From positions 224,001 through 288,000 of the forward strand of contig CAWCVB010000006.1 in the NCBI GenBank assembly GCA_963798915.1: a stretch of 64,000 nt of DNA, written 5' to 3'. The translations under genes were made by a program, and so were the position numbers. Positions 1-8,329 of the stretch are shown here, piece by piece (the stretch's first letter is position 1; every line of letters starts with the position of its first letter). The notes beneath the pieces are model-generated. The model was not told the origin of the DNA. It worked only from the letters and a program-made list of their open reading frames with translations, and ran no database searches. The stretch comes from an uncultured Gemmatimonadales bacterium. GTDB taxonomy: Bacteria > Gemmatimonadota > Gemmatimonadetes > Gemmatimonadales > GWC2-71-9.

Positions 1-48
1 CCGGAAGGCTTCCTGTGCCTTGAGTGTCAGGCGTTCTGGTCGAATCAT
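1..48 (-). CDS. clpB: ATP-dependent chaperone ClpB, N-terminal fragment (runs off window)
   Basis: Manual translation MIRPERLTLKAQEAFR resembles the ClpB/ClpC N-terminus (xxFTxKAQEAL); GGAG RBS just upstream. Only 16 codons visible. Confidence 0.7.
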   Translation of the reverse strand, partial: MIRPERLTLKAQEAFR

Positions 49-122
49 GTCTGCTCCATCGCTTCGCCCCGGCCGGCTCACGTGTGGCTGAGTCCGGAAA
101 GTGAAACCCCGCTCGCCACGGG

Positions 123-137
123 GCAAGGCGCATACCC
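123..137 (-). promoter_or_regulatory. Candidate sigma-54 (-24/-12) promoter for clpB
   Basis: Minus strand GGGTATGCGCCTTGC has GG-N10-GC spacing ending TTGC; palindrome CTGCC-N5-GGCAG at 145-159. Confidence 0.4.
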
Positions 138-164
138 GACGAATCTGCCGGATTGGCAGCCAAG

Positions 165-195
165 ACAAAGGCCGCCCACCGGGGGCGGCCCTTGT
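165..195 (-). terminator. Probable intrinsic terminator
   Basis: Minus strand ACAAGGGCCGCCCCCGGTGGGCGGCCTTTGT: GC stem-loop then TTTGTCTT, directly after the stop at 197. Confidence 0.7.
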
Positions 196-196
196 G

Positions 197-637
197 CTAC
201 CGTTCGCTGGTCACGCGACGGGCGGCGATCATGCTGCGCACGTAGCGCGTGCCGTCCACCGTAAGCCCGTACCAGAAGACCCCGGGCGTTACCTCTCGCT
301 TGCCATCACCAAACCGGCCGTTCCAGAAGGCTTCATGCGCACCGCATGCCATGCGCACCCGGTCCAGCGGGACCGCGGTATCGCCCACCAGGGTGGCAAT
401 GGCAACCTCCTGAGCCAGGACGTTGTAGATCTTCACGGTGACGACGGGCCGATGTCCAGCCTTGCACATCGCTTCGTGGATCACGAAGGGTATGGTCGTG
501 GACGGGTAGAACGGGTTGGGGTAGTTCTCCCTGAGCTCGACGCCCGGAAGGGGATCCCGGCCCTGCTGCGCTGCAGCCGGAGATACCATCCCGAGGAGCA
601 GCCCAAGCCACCACCCCGGCCACGCAAAGCGGACCAT
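197..637 (-). CDS. Exported protein made of one FlgD-Ig / Por (T9SS type A) secretion-tail-like domain
   Basis: ATG 637 with GAGG RBS; signal peptide ending AAA-Q; motifs ENYPNPF.PSTTIPF, KIYNVLAQEV, WNG..GDG..V.PGVFWY. Confidence 0.75.
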   Translation of the reverse strand: MVRFAWPGWWLGLLLGMVSPAAAQQGRDPLPGVELRENYPNPFYPSTTIPFVIHEAMCKAGHRPVVTVKIYNVLAQEVAIATLVGDTAVPLDRVRMACGAHEAFWNGRFGDGKREVTPGVFWYGLTVDGTRYVRSMIAARRVTSER

Positions 638-737
638 TGTCTTCCTCTCTGACTGGGTGTGAGGCCTGGCGGCACCTCCGGAATGCGGTTGAACTGAGTT
701 GTCCCGGCTTGAAGATGCTGGACGCCGGGAACGCCTG

Positions 738-2609
738 TCAAGCTGGCTTTGCATCACGAGCAGCGTCTCCGCGGGACCCAGCGCGACGGAGATGACGCAG
801 GTCCCCGTGGCGGTCAGTAACTCCCGCGCGATCGGCCCACTCCAGGAGTGGAATCAGGAACTTCCGCGACAGACCGGTCTTCTCCCGGACGGCGCCCACA
901 CTGATCGGACCGGTTGCACCCAGGTCTCGCAAGGCGTCCGAAAACCGGGCAAGCGCAACGGGCACACAGAACCGGTCCGGCGCCACAGCCACCACCAGCC
1001 CCAAACGCGACGCGACGCGAAGTGCCTCGAGCACCTCTGGCAGCGGGCGCCCAATTCGCTGCGCCAGCTCGTCAGGCATCGCGGGCGCCAGGCCGCCTTC
1101 CTTCAGGACCGCGATGAGAGCAGCAATGGCCTCCATGGCCGCGGGCAGAGCTGGCTCAAACCCGGCGAGGTGCGCCAGACCGGACATGATCTGGACCTCC
1201 CCGCTCGTCACGAGGCTTTGGAGCGCCGCCTCCACCAGAATCGACTGGCCAGGCGCGCCGTGGCGCAAGGTTGCCAAGGAGATGCCTGGCGTGTCCGGCC
1301 GGTCGCGATGCCAATCGGCCAGCCGCGACCTGAGCCCGGAAGCGCACGTCTCAACGGCATGGCGGCTGCAGAGCGATCCGCCGAATCCAATCAGGCGCTC
1401 GTCTCCGGCCAACTGGTGCGCAAGGCGGGCAGGAGGCAACCCGGTCAGGACAGGAAGATCATTGCGGTCAATGACGCCGCGGCGCCGGAGCAGGAGCGCG
1501 TGGAGGAAATCCGGATCCATCCGACTGGGCTTCAGGCTCCCCCTCTGGCGGCCGGGAAACGGATCGAGGACCTGGCCGCCACCCAGCGTCTCGGATGGAC
1601 TCAGGCGTCGGAGCACAAAGCGGTCGCCGCCCCGAGCGACAACGGGTCGGTCCAGCGTGAGATGCGCGGTCATCGCAGCCGACGCCGGCGCAAGGTCCTT
1701 TCGCATCGAGAGCCAGCCCGGCACCGCCGCGGTGGCGTGCAGCAGGAGCACACGAAGCCGCCTGGCGGGCGCGGGACAGGTGAGCTGGACCAGCACGTCG
1801 AGCTGGCGGGAGCTGCGCCAACCGGCCCCAGGTTCGACCACAACCGAGCCGCGCGCGATCTCTGCCGGCCGGATACCTCGCAGGGCGAGCGCCGTGCGCC
1901 GGCCCGGAGTCGTGCGGGCCTGGCGGGCGCCGAATTCCTCGATGGAACGCACGACGCCCGTCATGCCTTGAGGCAGGACCACCACGTCATCACCCTCGGC
2001 GATCGTTCCCGTCCAGCTGCTTCCGGTGACGACGGTCCCCACGCCTGGGGCGCTGAATACCCTGTCGATTGGCAACCGGAAAAGATCCTGCCGGGACTCA
2101 TCCGAGGCGCCGGCCGGAAGACTCGCCAGGGCCTGGCGCAATGCATCCAGGCCCTGGCGGCGCACGACGGAGGTACGTACCGGTGCTCCAAAGCAGACGG
2201 CGGATGCGGCGAGGCGGCGGACAATTTCTGCACTGACGCGCGTGCTGTCCGCAGCCGAGACGCGATCCATCTTGCTCACCGCCACGACGCCGTGACGCAC
2301 GCCGAGCTGCTCAAGAATGAGGAGATGTTCCTCGGTCTGCGGCATGATGCCTTCATCCGCCGCAACGACCAGGAGCGCGGCGCTCGAACCGCTCACGCCC
2401 GCGGCCATCGTCCGGACCAGGTCCTCATGCCCGGGCACGTCCACCAACCCGATGACCCGTCCGTCGGGAAGCGTCAATGGCGCAAAGCCCAGCGAGATGG
2501 TAAGCCCTCGACGCTGCTCCTCGGCCAGACGATCGACCGCGCTGCCGGTGAGTGCCTCAACCAGCGACGACTTACCGTGGTCAACGTGACCAGCGGTGGC
2601 GACGATCAA
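738..2609 (-). CDS. selB: Selenocysteine-specific translation elongation factor SelB
   Basis: TAGHVDHGKS, RGLTISLGF, DVPGHE, RLPIDRVF..GVGTVVTG and C-terminal winged-helix GLSRKFLIPLLE; probable TTG start overlapping the recO stop. Confidence 0.93.
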   Translation of the reverse strand: MIVATAGHVDHGKSSLVEALTGSAVDRLAEEQRRGLTISLGFAPLTLPDGRVIGLVDVPGHEDLVRTMAAGVSGSSAALLVVAADEGIMPQTEEHLLILEQLGVRHGVVAVSKMDRVSAADSTRVSAEIVRRLAASAVCFGAPVRTSVVRRQGLDALRQALASLPAGASDESRQDLFRLPIDRVFSAPGVGTVVTGSSWTGTIAEGDDVVVLPQGMTGVVRSIEEFGARQARTTPGRRTALALRGIRPAEIARGSVVVEPGAGWRSSRQLDVLVQLTCPAPARRLRVLLLHATAAVPGWLSMRKDLAPASAAMTAHLTLDRPVVARGGDRFVLRRLSPSETLGGGQVLDPFPGRQRGSLKPSRMDPDFLHALLLRRRGVIDRNDLPVLTGLPPARLAHQLAGDERLIGFGGSLCSRHAVETCASGLRSRLADWHRDRPDTPGISLATLRHGAPGQSILVEAALQSLVTSGEVQIMSGLAHLAGFEPALPAAMEAIAALIAVLKEGGLAPAMPDELAQRIGRPLPEVLEALRVASRLGLVVAVAPDRFCVPVALARFSDALRDLGATGPISVGAVREKTGLSRKFLIPLLEWADRAGVTDRHGDLRHLRRAGSRGDAARDAKPA

Positions 2610-3364
2610 CCCGGCCCCCGCGAGAGGCCTTCCCAGAAAGCAAGCGCGGGGAGCTCGGCACCGTCGCCGAGGTGGTACGTGATGAACCGCGAAAGGAGAC
2701 GCCGGTGTGCGGCCGCGTTGGGACCGTCCAGACTGGGGAGCGGCCTGTGTGCATCCACGAGTGACTCGAGCGCGGCCCGTGCATCCGGAGGCAGCCGGGA
2801 GGCCGTGAATCGGGTGGCGCACGCAGTGCACAGCGCCCCGCCCTCGTGAGTGCTGAAGACAAGCTCGCCCGCGGGTGGCACCAGAATGCCATCGTGGACG
2901 CAAGCGCGGAGTGAGGGTGAGAATCCGAGCGACGACACCAGGAGCCAGACCAGCCGGAGACCGAGCGCCTCGACTTCGTCGACCGGCGCTTCCTCCAGAA
3001 CGCCCAGTGCACTCACCAGGAGGTCGAAGATGGCCGGATCAGCGTCCGGCGGCGCAAACCGCAGCATCACTTCCGCCAGGACGTTCGCAGCAGCATACCG
3101 AGACAGGTCGCCCGCGAGGCCAAGATGCACGCGACCGACATCGAATGCGGTCAGCAACTGCAGCTCGCGCCGCTGAAGAATGATGAGATGCGCCGTCCCC
3201 TCGCTCAGCACCTGCAGGGCTGCCCCGAACCGGCTCCGCGGGCGCAGGGCGCCCTTGGCAATGGCGCTCTGCACACCGTGTTCGCGGGTCGCGAGGCGCA
3301 CGATCTTGGAGCTCTCGCTATAGCGGATGGTGGAAAGGATGACAGCGGGCGTGATGACGAGCAT
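2606..3364 (-). CDS. recO: DNA repair protein RecO
   Basis: YSESSKIVRLATREHG..SAIAKGA OB-fold start; GFSPSLRACVHDG...GGALCTAC zinc region. Confidence 0.93.
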   Translation of the reverse strand: MLVITPAVILSTIRYSESSKIVRLATREHGVQSAIAKGALRPRSRFGAALQVLSEGTAHLIILQRRELQLLTAFDVGRVHLGLAGDLSRYAAANVLAEVMLRFAPPDADPAIFDLLVSALGVLEEAPVDEVEALGLRLVWLLVSSLGFSPSLRACVHDGILVPPAGELVFSTHEGGALCTACATRFTASRLPPDARAALESLVDAHRPLPSLDGPNAAAHRRLLSRFITYHLGDGAELPALAFWEGLSRGPG

Positions 3365-3370
3365 GCCCGC

Positions 3371-3376
3371 AAGTTA
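3371..3376 (-). promoter_or_regulatory. -10 element (TAACTT) of probable leaderless recO promoter
   Basis: TANNNT hexamer 6 nt before the recO ATG; no SD in between. Confidence 0.55.
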
Positions 3377-3397
3377 AGCCGTCCCCTGCCCGGCCCT

Positions 3398-5374
3398 CTA
3401 CCACTCGAGGCGTGCACCAGCCTTGAGGGTCCTGCTGCGTCCCGGAAAACCGGTGACGGCCTCGTAGTCCGTGTCGAACAGGTTCTCGGCCCGGGCGAGA
3501 ACCGTGAGCCCGGGTCGGCCCCGCCGCGCGGACATGAGGTCGGCCGAGCATGACAGATTGGCCACCGAATAGCCGGGCAACGTTACGCGACCAGCAGGAA
3601 AGGTTCCGAAGTCAAGATCATCCCGGCTCCCGGTGTAGCGGACTTCCGCGGCGAGGTGGACGCCGCTCGCCGGCGAGGCATCCCCGAACCACCGGAGCAC
3701 ATGGCTCGGACGGCGCAGCAATCGCCGATCATTGGCAAAGCCGGGCGACGTACTTGCGCCTGCGTCAGTCACCCGTGTCTGCAGCCACGTCCAGGACGCG
3801 CCCATCGAGGCTCGGCGGCCCAGGGGAACGCTCACCGAGGCCTCGATACCGCGCGCAAGCGCCGCGCCCAGGTTTTCATAGGTCGGCTCCCCGGGCGCCG
3901 CACCCACGTACTGGATCAAGTTGCGAAACCGCTGATCATACCAGGTCACGCCCGAGCGAACGCCGCGCGCAAACTCGTGCTCCAGCCCGATTTCCCAACT
4001 GCGCGACCGTTCCGGCTCCAAGGCCCGGTTGCCGACTTCGAAAGGCGAATTGGCAAAATTTTCTGCGAAGGTCGGCGCCTTGAATCCGGTTCCTGCAGCA
4101 CCGCGCAGACTGAACCCAGCGGGGAGTGCCAGCCGTGCGCCGGCCCGCCAGGTGGCATAGGTACCGAAGGCCTCGTCATCATCGAGGCGCGCGCCCGACG
4201 TAACCACGAGACCAGCGAGCGGTGCGGCCCGGGCCTCGACGTATAGCGCCGCATCATTTCTCGCATGGTCGAACGGGACCTCAGGCTCGGTCGTCGGACC
4301 TCCCCCGAAATTGGAGGTGTACGAGGCGGCGGTCTTCACCAGTTGCCGCTCGAACTGCATTCCCAGCGAGACCAGCGCGTCCTGCCGCGGCCGGAAGAGA
4401 ATGCGCCCGTCGAGACTCCAGCGACCAGAGGTCCCGTGCCGATCCGACGCAAAGGCGAATCCGGTAGTGTCGCCCGGCCCGTCGGACGCGTCTTCGAACG
4501 AGCGGTCATTGTGATCGAAGGCGCCCGCCAGGCGCACTTCCAGCGTACGGTTGAGCTGACGTCCGCCGTCCATCCCCAGCACCAGCGAGTGGCCGCGGGA
4601 GAACTGGTTGCTGTCGGCAGGGATGCCGGCGCCATCGGTGGGAAAGTGGAATTCATTCCAGCCGTATCGAACGCTGGCGGCCAGGTCGGTGCGCGAGTCC
4701 GGTCGCACCACGGCGCGCGCGGTACCCGCCGCATTGCTGAAATCGCTGTTGAAGTCGTAGGTGCCGTCCGAGAGGGAACGCGAGCCGCCGACCGACCATG
4801 CCAGCGCTCCGGTGGCTCCCGATGCCTGCGCACGGCCGGCGACGCTGCCGTAGTTGCCCGCCTCCACCTCCAGGTCGCCGGTCGGCGACCCCCGCCCCTG
4901 CCTGGTCACGATGCGCACCACCCCGGTCATCGCATCGGATCCGTACGTTACGCTGGCCGGGCCCCGCATGATCTCGATCCGGTCCACATCGTCAAGCGTG
5001 AGCGTCGCAAAGTCGTACGCGCCGCCGGGCTCGTTCACCGGCACCCCATCAACGAGCACTTTCACATAGTCGCTCTCCCCACCGCGGGCAAAGAGCGACG
5101 TCACCGCGCCAAAGGACCCAGCTTCGACGACTGAGAGGCCCGGAACCTCGCGCAGGGCGTCCTTCACCAGCGTCACACCGCGGGCTCGAAGTTCCTGGCC
5201 GGAGAGGACGGTCACCGCCGACGTCACGGCGGTGGCCGAGAGCGGGACCCTGCCCTCGGACACGACGATGTCAGGCAGTTCCACTGCGGCGGTGTCCTGC
5301 TGGGCTGGCAGCCAGCGGGGCCACAGCAGAGTCCAGGCAATGAAGGCGACGGCGGTACCGAAGGACATTGTCAT
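3398..5374 (-). CDS. btuB: TonB-dependent cobalamin receptor (BtuB-like)
   Basis: Signal peptide, TonB-box-like DIVVS, plug motifs RGG...VLVDGVPVN and RIEIMRGPASVTYGSDAMTGVV, ENLFD, terminal W; last gene of the B12-riboswitch operon. Confidence 0.88.
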   Translation of the reverse strand: MTMSFGTAVAFIAWTLLWPRWLPAQQDTAAVELPDIVVSEGRVPLSATAVTSAVTVLSGQELRARGVTLVKDALREVPGLSVVEAGSFGAVTSLFARGGESDYVKVLVDGVPVNEPGGAYDFATLTLDDVDRIEIMRGPASVTYGSDAMTGVVRIVTRQGRGSPTGDLEVEAGNYGSVAGRAQASGATGALAWSVGGSRSLSDGTYDFNSDFSNAAGTARAVVRPDSRTDLAASVRYGWNEFHFPTDGAGIPADSNQFSRGHSLVLGMDGGRQLNRTLEVRLAGAFDHNDRSFEDASDGPGDTTGFAFASDRHGTSGRWSLDGRILFRPRQDALVSLGMQFERQLVKTAASYTSNFGGGPTTEPEVPFDHARNDAALYVEARAAPLAGLVVTSGARLDDDEAFGTYATWRAGARLALPAGFSLRGAAGTGFKAPTFAENFANSPFEVGNRALEPERSRSWEIGLEHEFARGVRSGVTWYDQRFRNLIQYVGAAPGEPTYENLGAALARGIEASVSVPLGRRASMGASWTWLQTRVTDAGASTSPGFANDRRLLRRPSHVLRWFGDASPASGVHLAAEVRYTGSRDDLDFGTFPAGRVTLPGYSVANLSCSADLMSARRGRPGLTVLARAENLFDTDYEAVTGFPGRSRTLKAGARLEW

Positions 5375-6189
5375 GATTCGCTCGAGATGGGACTGGCAAC
5401 GCCGGATTCCGCCTCGGAACGTCGAAGCGGGACAATCTGGGGGGAGCCATCGCGCCACCGCGTCACCGCGACGGGCCAGGCGAAGACCTCGGACACGACC
5501 TCCTGTGTGAGCACCACCGATGGCGGCCCTGCGACGACCGGCCGGCCACGATCGAGCAGGAGGACTTGATCTGCGAAGCGCGCCGCGAGGTTGAGTCCGT
5601 GGGTGATCACCAACGCCGCCAGTCCATCCTCGGCCAGGCTCGCCACAAGTTCAAAGAGTTCCATCTCGTGGCGCACATCGAGGGATGTGGTCGGCTCATC
5701 CAGCAGCAGCGCCTCCGGCTCCTGGGCGAGCGCACGAGCAACGCGCACACGCTGCCATTCGCCGCCCGAGAGCTGATCTACGCGACGCGAGGCCAGTGAC
5801 CGGACGTCGCATCGCTCCAGCGCCCAATCCACGGCCGCGTGGTCCATGGGGCGCTCCGCGCCCAGCGGACCCAGTCGCGCATATCGCCCCAGCATGACCG
5901 ACTCCCGCACGCTGAGCGGGAAGGCTGAATCTTCACGCTGCGACACGACGCCGATGATGGTGGCCAGACGGGCGCGAGGCCACTCAGCCAGCGCCTTTCC
6001 CTTCACCTGCACCTGTCCGCCATCCAACGGTAGCAAGCCGACGAGTGCGCGAAGCAGCGAGGATTTGCCGCTGCCGTTCGGGCCGGCCACCGCGACCAGC
6101 CGACCTGCGGTCACGTCAATCGATACGCCGTCCACGGCCGGCTGCTGCGCGCCTGGATAGCGCACGACGAGTTCGCGTGCCTCGATCAT
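5371..6189 (-). CDS. btuD: Cobalamin/Fe-chelate ABC transporter ATP-binding protein
   Basis: GPNGSGKS, LSGGEWQR, LLLDEPT; ATGA overlap with the permease stop. Confidence 0.88.
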   Translation of the reverse strand: MIEARELVVRYPGAQQPAVDGVSIDVTAGRLVAVAGPNGSGKSSLLRALVGLLPLDGGQVQVKGKALAEWPRARLATIIGVVSQREDSAFPLSVRESVMLGRYARLGPLGAERPMDHAAVDWALERCDVRSLASRRVDQLSGGEWQRVRVARALAQEPEALLLDEPTTSLDVRHEMELFELVASLAEDGLAALVITHGLNLAARFADQVLLLDRGRPVVAGPPSVVLTQEVVSEVFAWPVAVTRWRDGSPQIVPLRRSEAESGVASPISSES

Positions 6190-7163
6190 GCGGTCAGCGT
6201 CCGGCGAAGCAGCAGGGCGAACAGGGGAACGCCAACCAGCGCTGTGACCACGCCTACCGGCAGTTCCAGAGGACGCATGACCGTGCGTGCCAGCGTGTCG
6301 GCCAGCACCAGGAAGATGCCGCCGGCCAGGAAGCTTGCCGGGATGAGAATGCGGTGCAGTGGTGTCCACGCGCGCCGAACTGCGTGCGGAATGACGAGGC
6401 CCACAAAACCGATGATCCCGCAGGTGGCAACGCTGGCCGCGGTCAGCAGGGACGCAGCGATGTAGACGGTGCGCTTGAGTCGCTCGGGATCGGCGCCGAG
6501 ATGCGCCGCGGGTTCCTCGCCCAGGGCAAGAAGGTCGAGCTGACGGGCAATGGCCCAGAGGAGAAGCAGCGGCGCCACCGAATAGGCCAGCAGCAGCAGC
6601 AGCGCCTGCCATGAGGCGGTTCCCAGCCCGCCCAGCAGCCAGATGATCGCATTGCGAAGTCGAGGCGCGTCCGAGAGCACAATGATGGCGCTCATGATGG
6701 CGGCGGCAAAGGCTCCCACCACAACGCCAGCCAGGAGCAGAACGCGCGGGTCGAGGCGGCGACCGCTCACCACCGCCAGGCGGTACACCAGCGCGACGGC
6801 GCCGAGCGCGCCCGCGAACGCCGCAATCGGGACCGCCCAGGTCGCGCCCGCATCGAGTGCGATGGCGCTCACGGCACCGAGGCCGGCGCCGCCGGACAAG
6901 CCCAGCAGGTACGGGTCCGCCAGCGGGTTGCGGACCAGCGCCTGCAACGCGGCGCCGGCAACACCGAGCCCGCCTCCGACCAGGAACGCGAGCAGGACCC
7001 GGGGCGCGCGCAACTGCCACAGGATCAGCTTGCTCGTGGCATCATGTCCCGCGATGGCGGCCCGCAGCTCGTGTGGTGAGAGCGGTACGGATCCGGCAAG
7101 CATTCCCGCCATCATGACGACGAGTGCCGCGAATGCGAGCAGAAGAAAGCGCCGGCCCGTCAC
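6186..7163 (-). CDS. btuC: Cobalamin/Fe-chelate ABC transporter permease (FecCD/BtuC)
   Basis: LRAPR, QALVRNPLADPYLLGLSGGA, GIIGFVGLVIPH, ELPVGVVTALVG. Confidence 0.9.
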   Translation of the reverse strand: MTGRRFLLLAFAALVVMMAGMLAGSVPLSPHELRAAIAGHDATSKLILWQLRAPRVLLAFLVGGGLGVAGAALQALVRNPLADPYLLGLSGGAGLGAVSAIALDAGATWAVPIAAFAGALGAVALVYRLAVVSGRRLDPRVLLLAGVVVGAFAAAIMSAIIVLSDAPRLRNAIIWLLGGLGTASWQALLLLLAYSVAPLLLLWAIARQLDLLALGEEPAAHLGADPERLKRTVYIAASLLTAASVATCGIIGFVGLVIPHAVRRAWTPLHRILIPASFLAGGIFLVLADTLARTVMRPLELPVGVVTALVGVPLFALLLRRTLTA

Positions 7164-8089
7164 GGCGCGCTGTCCCGGTCGCGGAATGCGCGCAGCTGGC
7201 GGGCGAGATAACGGATGGCTGCCGGGGCCCGGGGACTGGGCTGACCAAACATGGTTCCACTGGCATGGACAAACCGCCGCTCACGAACGGCGGGCACCGT
7301 CTGCCATTCTGGGCGGCCCGCGAACGCGGGCATCGAGTCGCCCAGCACCAGCACCACGTCGGGGTCGCGCGCCACAGCGGACTCGATGCTGATCTGGCCG
7401 GAGGGTGCTGGCAGGTCGCGGTAGATGTTGCGTCCGCCGGCTCGCTCCACCAGCTCGGTCAGGTAGCTCCCGGCACCGATGGTAATGGGTGGATCCTGCC
7501 AGACCAGGATGAACACGCTGACAGCACGATTCGACGGGGAGACCGTGGCGGCCGCGAGGGAATCGGCAAATGCGCGCGCCATCGCGTCGGCCTCCGCTTC
7601 ATGGCCGGTCAGCCGGCCAAGCAGGGTGCCGACTCGCCCGACGTCGGCGAGCGCATCGGTGCGAACCTGCATCGTGGCAATGCCAAGGTCGTGCAGCTGA
7701 CGGGCCGCAAGTGCGTTCTGGCTGGACTGGTACAGGACGACGAGATCGGGCCTGCGGGCCGCAACCGCCTCAAGATTCGGGGTCATGCCATCGCCGACAG
7801 CCGGGACGGAAAGTGCGGCCGGTGGATACTTGCACCACGAGGTGCGGCCTACCACCGCATTGCCTGCCCCGACGGCAAACAGCAGTTCTGTCGTGGACGG
7901 AATGAGCGAGACCACACGAGTTGCCCGGTGTGGCAGCCGGATGGTGTCACCGGCATCGTCCACTACCTGGAGCTGCGCCCGAGATGGCGCACGCTCCACG
8001 GTCGAGCACCCGGCCGTGACGGCCGCAAGCAGGCAAACGCAGGTCCAGAAACGCAAAGTGCCCATTCCCGGAGAGCCGGCAATGGGCAT
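7160..8089 (-). CDS. btuF: Cobalamin-binding periplasmic lipoprotein (BtuF-like)
   Basis: Lipobox TAGC, VVDDAG, RVVSLIPSTTELLFAVGAG..VVGRT; start uncertain (ATG 8089 or 8065). Confidence 0.85.
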   Translation of the reverse strand: MPIAGSPGMGTLRFWTCVCLLAAVTAGCSTVERAPSRAQLQVVDDAGDTIRLPHRATRVVSLIPSTTELLFAVGAGNAVVGRTSWCKYPPAALSVPAVGDGMTPNLEAVAARRPDLVVLYQSSQNALAARQLHDLGIATMQVRTDALADVGRVGTLLGRLTGHEAEADAMARAFADSLAAATVSPSNRAVSVFILVWQDPPITIGAGSYLTELVERAGGRNIYRDLPAPSGQISIESAVARDPDVVLVLGDSMPAFAGRPEWQTVPAVRERRFVHASGTMFGQPSPRAPAAIRYLARQLRAFRDRDSAP

Positions 8090-8126
8090 GAACAGCTCGC
8101 GTCTGGTTCTGCGAGATCCGTTCGGC

Positions 8127-8302
8127 CCACCCGACCCTCCCCCGAGGGTCTGACAGGTGGCACGAACGGAGAGGTCTCCTGGCTCCGGGCCCTCCATCCG
8201 CCTTCCCGGTTTCCCAGTGGCTCGATGGACGGAGGCTTGCTGCCCGTTACAGTGGCGGGGCCGCGCCGGATTTGCACCGGCTTCCGAAAATCCCCGTTCG
8301 TC
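8127..8302 (-). ncRNA. Cobalamin (B12) riboswitch including P13 expression platform
   Basis: Minus strand GGAAGCCGGTGCAAATCCGGC-GCGGCCCCGCCACTGT ... GCCACTGGGAAACCGGGAAGGC ... GAGCCAGGAGACCT; P1 ACGAACGGGGA/TCTCCGTTCGT; P13 GACCCTC-GGGG-GAGGGTC; upstream of btuF. Confidence 0.92.
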
Positions 8303-8323
8303 TGCTTCAGTTGTCGTGCTGCT

Positions 8324-8329
8324 AGTCTA
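8324..8329 (-). promoter_or_regulatory. -10 element (TAGACT) for the riboswitch/btu transcript
   Basis: TANNNT about 20 nt upstream of riboswitch P1, overlapping the upstream gene's TAG. Confidence 0.5.

Noticed and set aside
640..737. Possible tRNA-Sec after selB (hairpin 702-730 containing CTTCAA)
   Set aside because: No T-loop, D-arm or acceptor stem; better explained as a hairpin plus CATCTT promoter box for the next gene.
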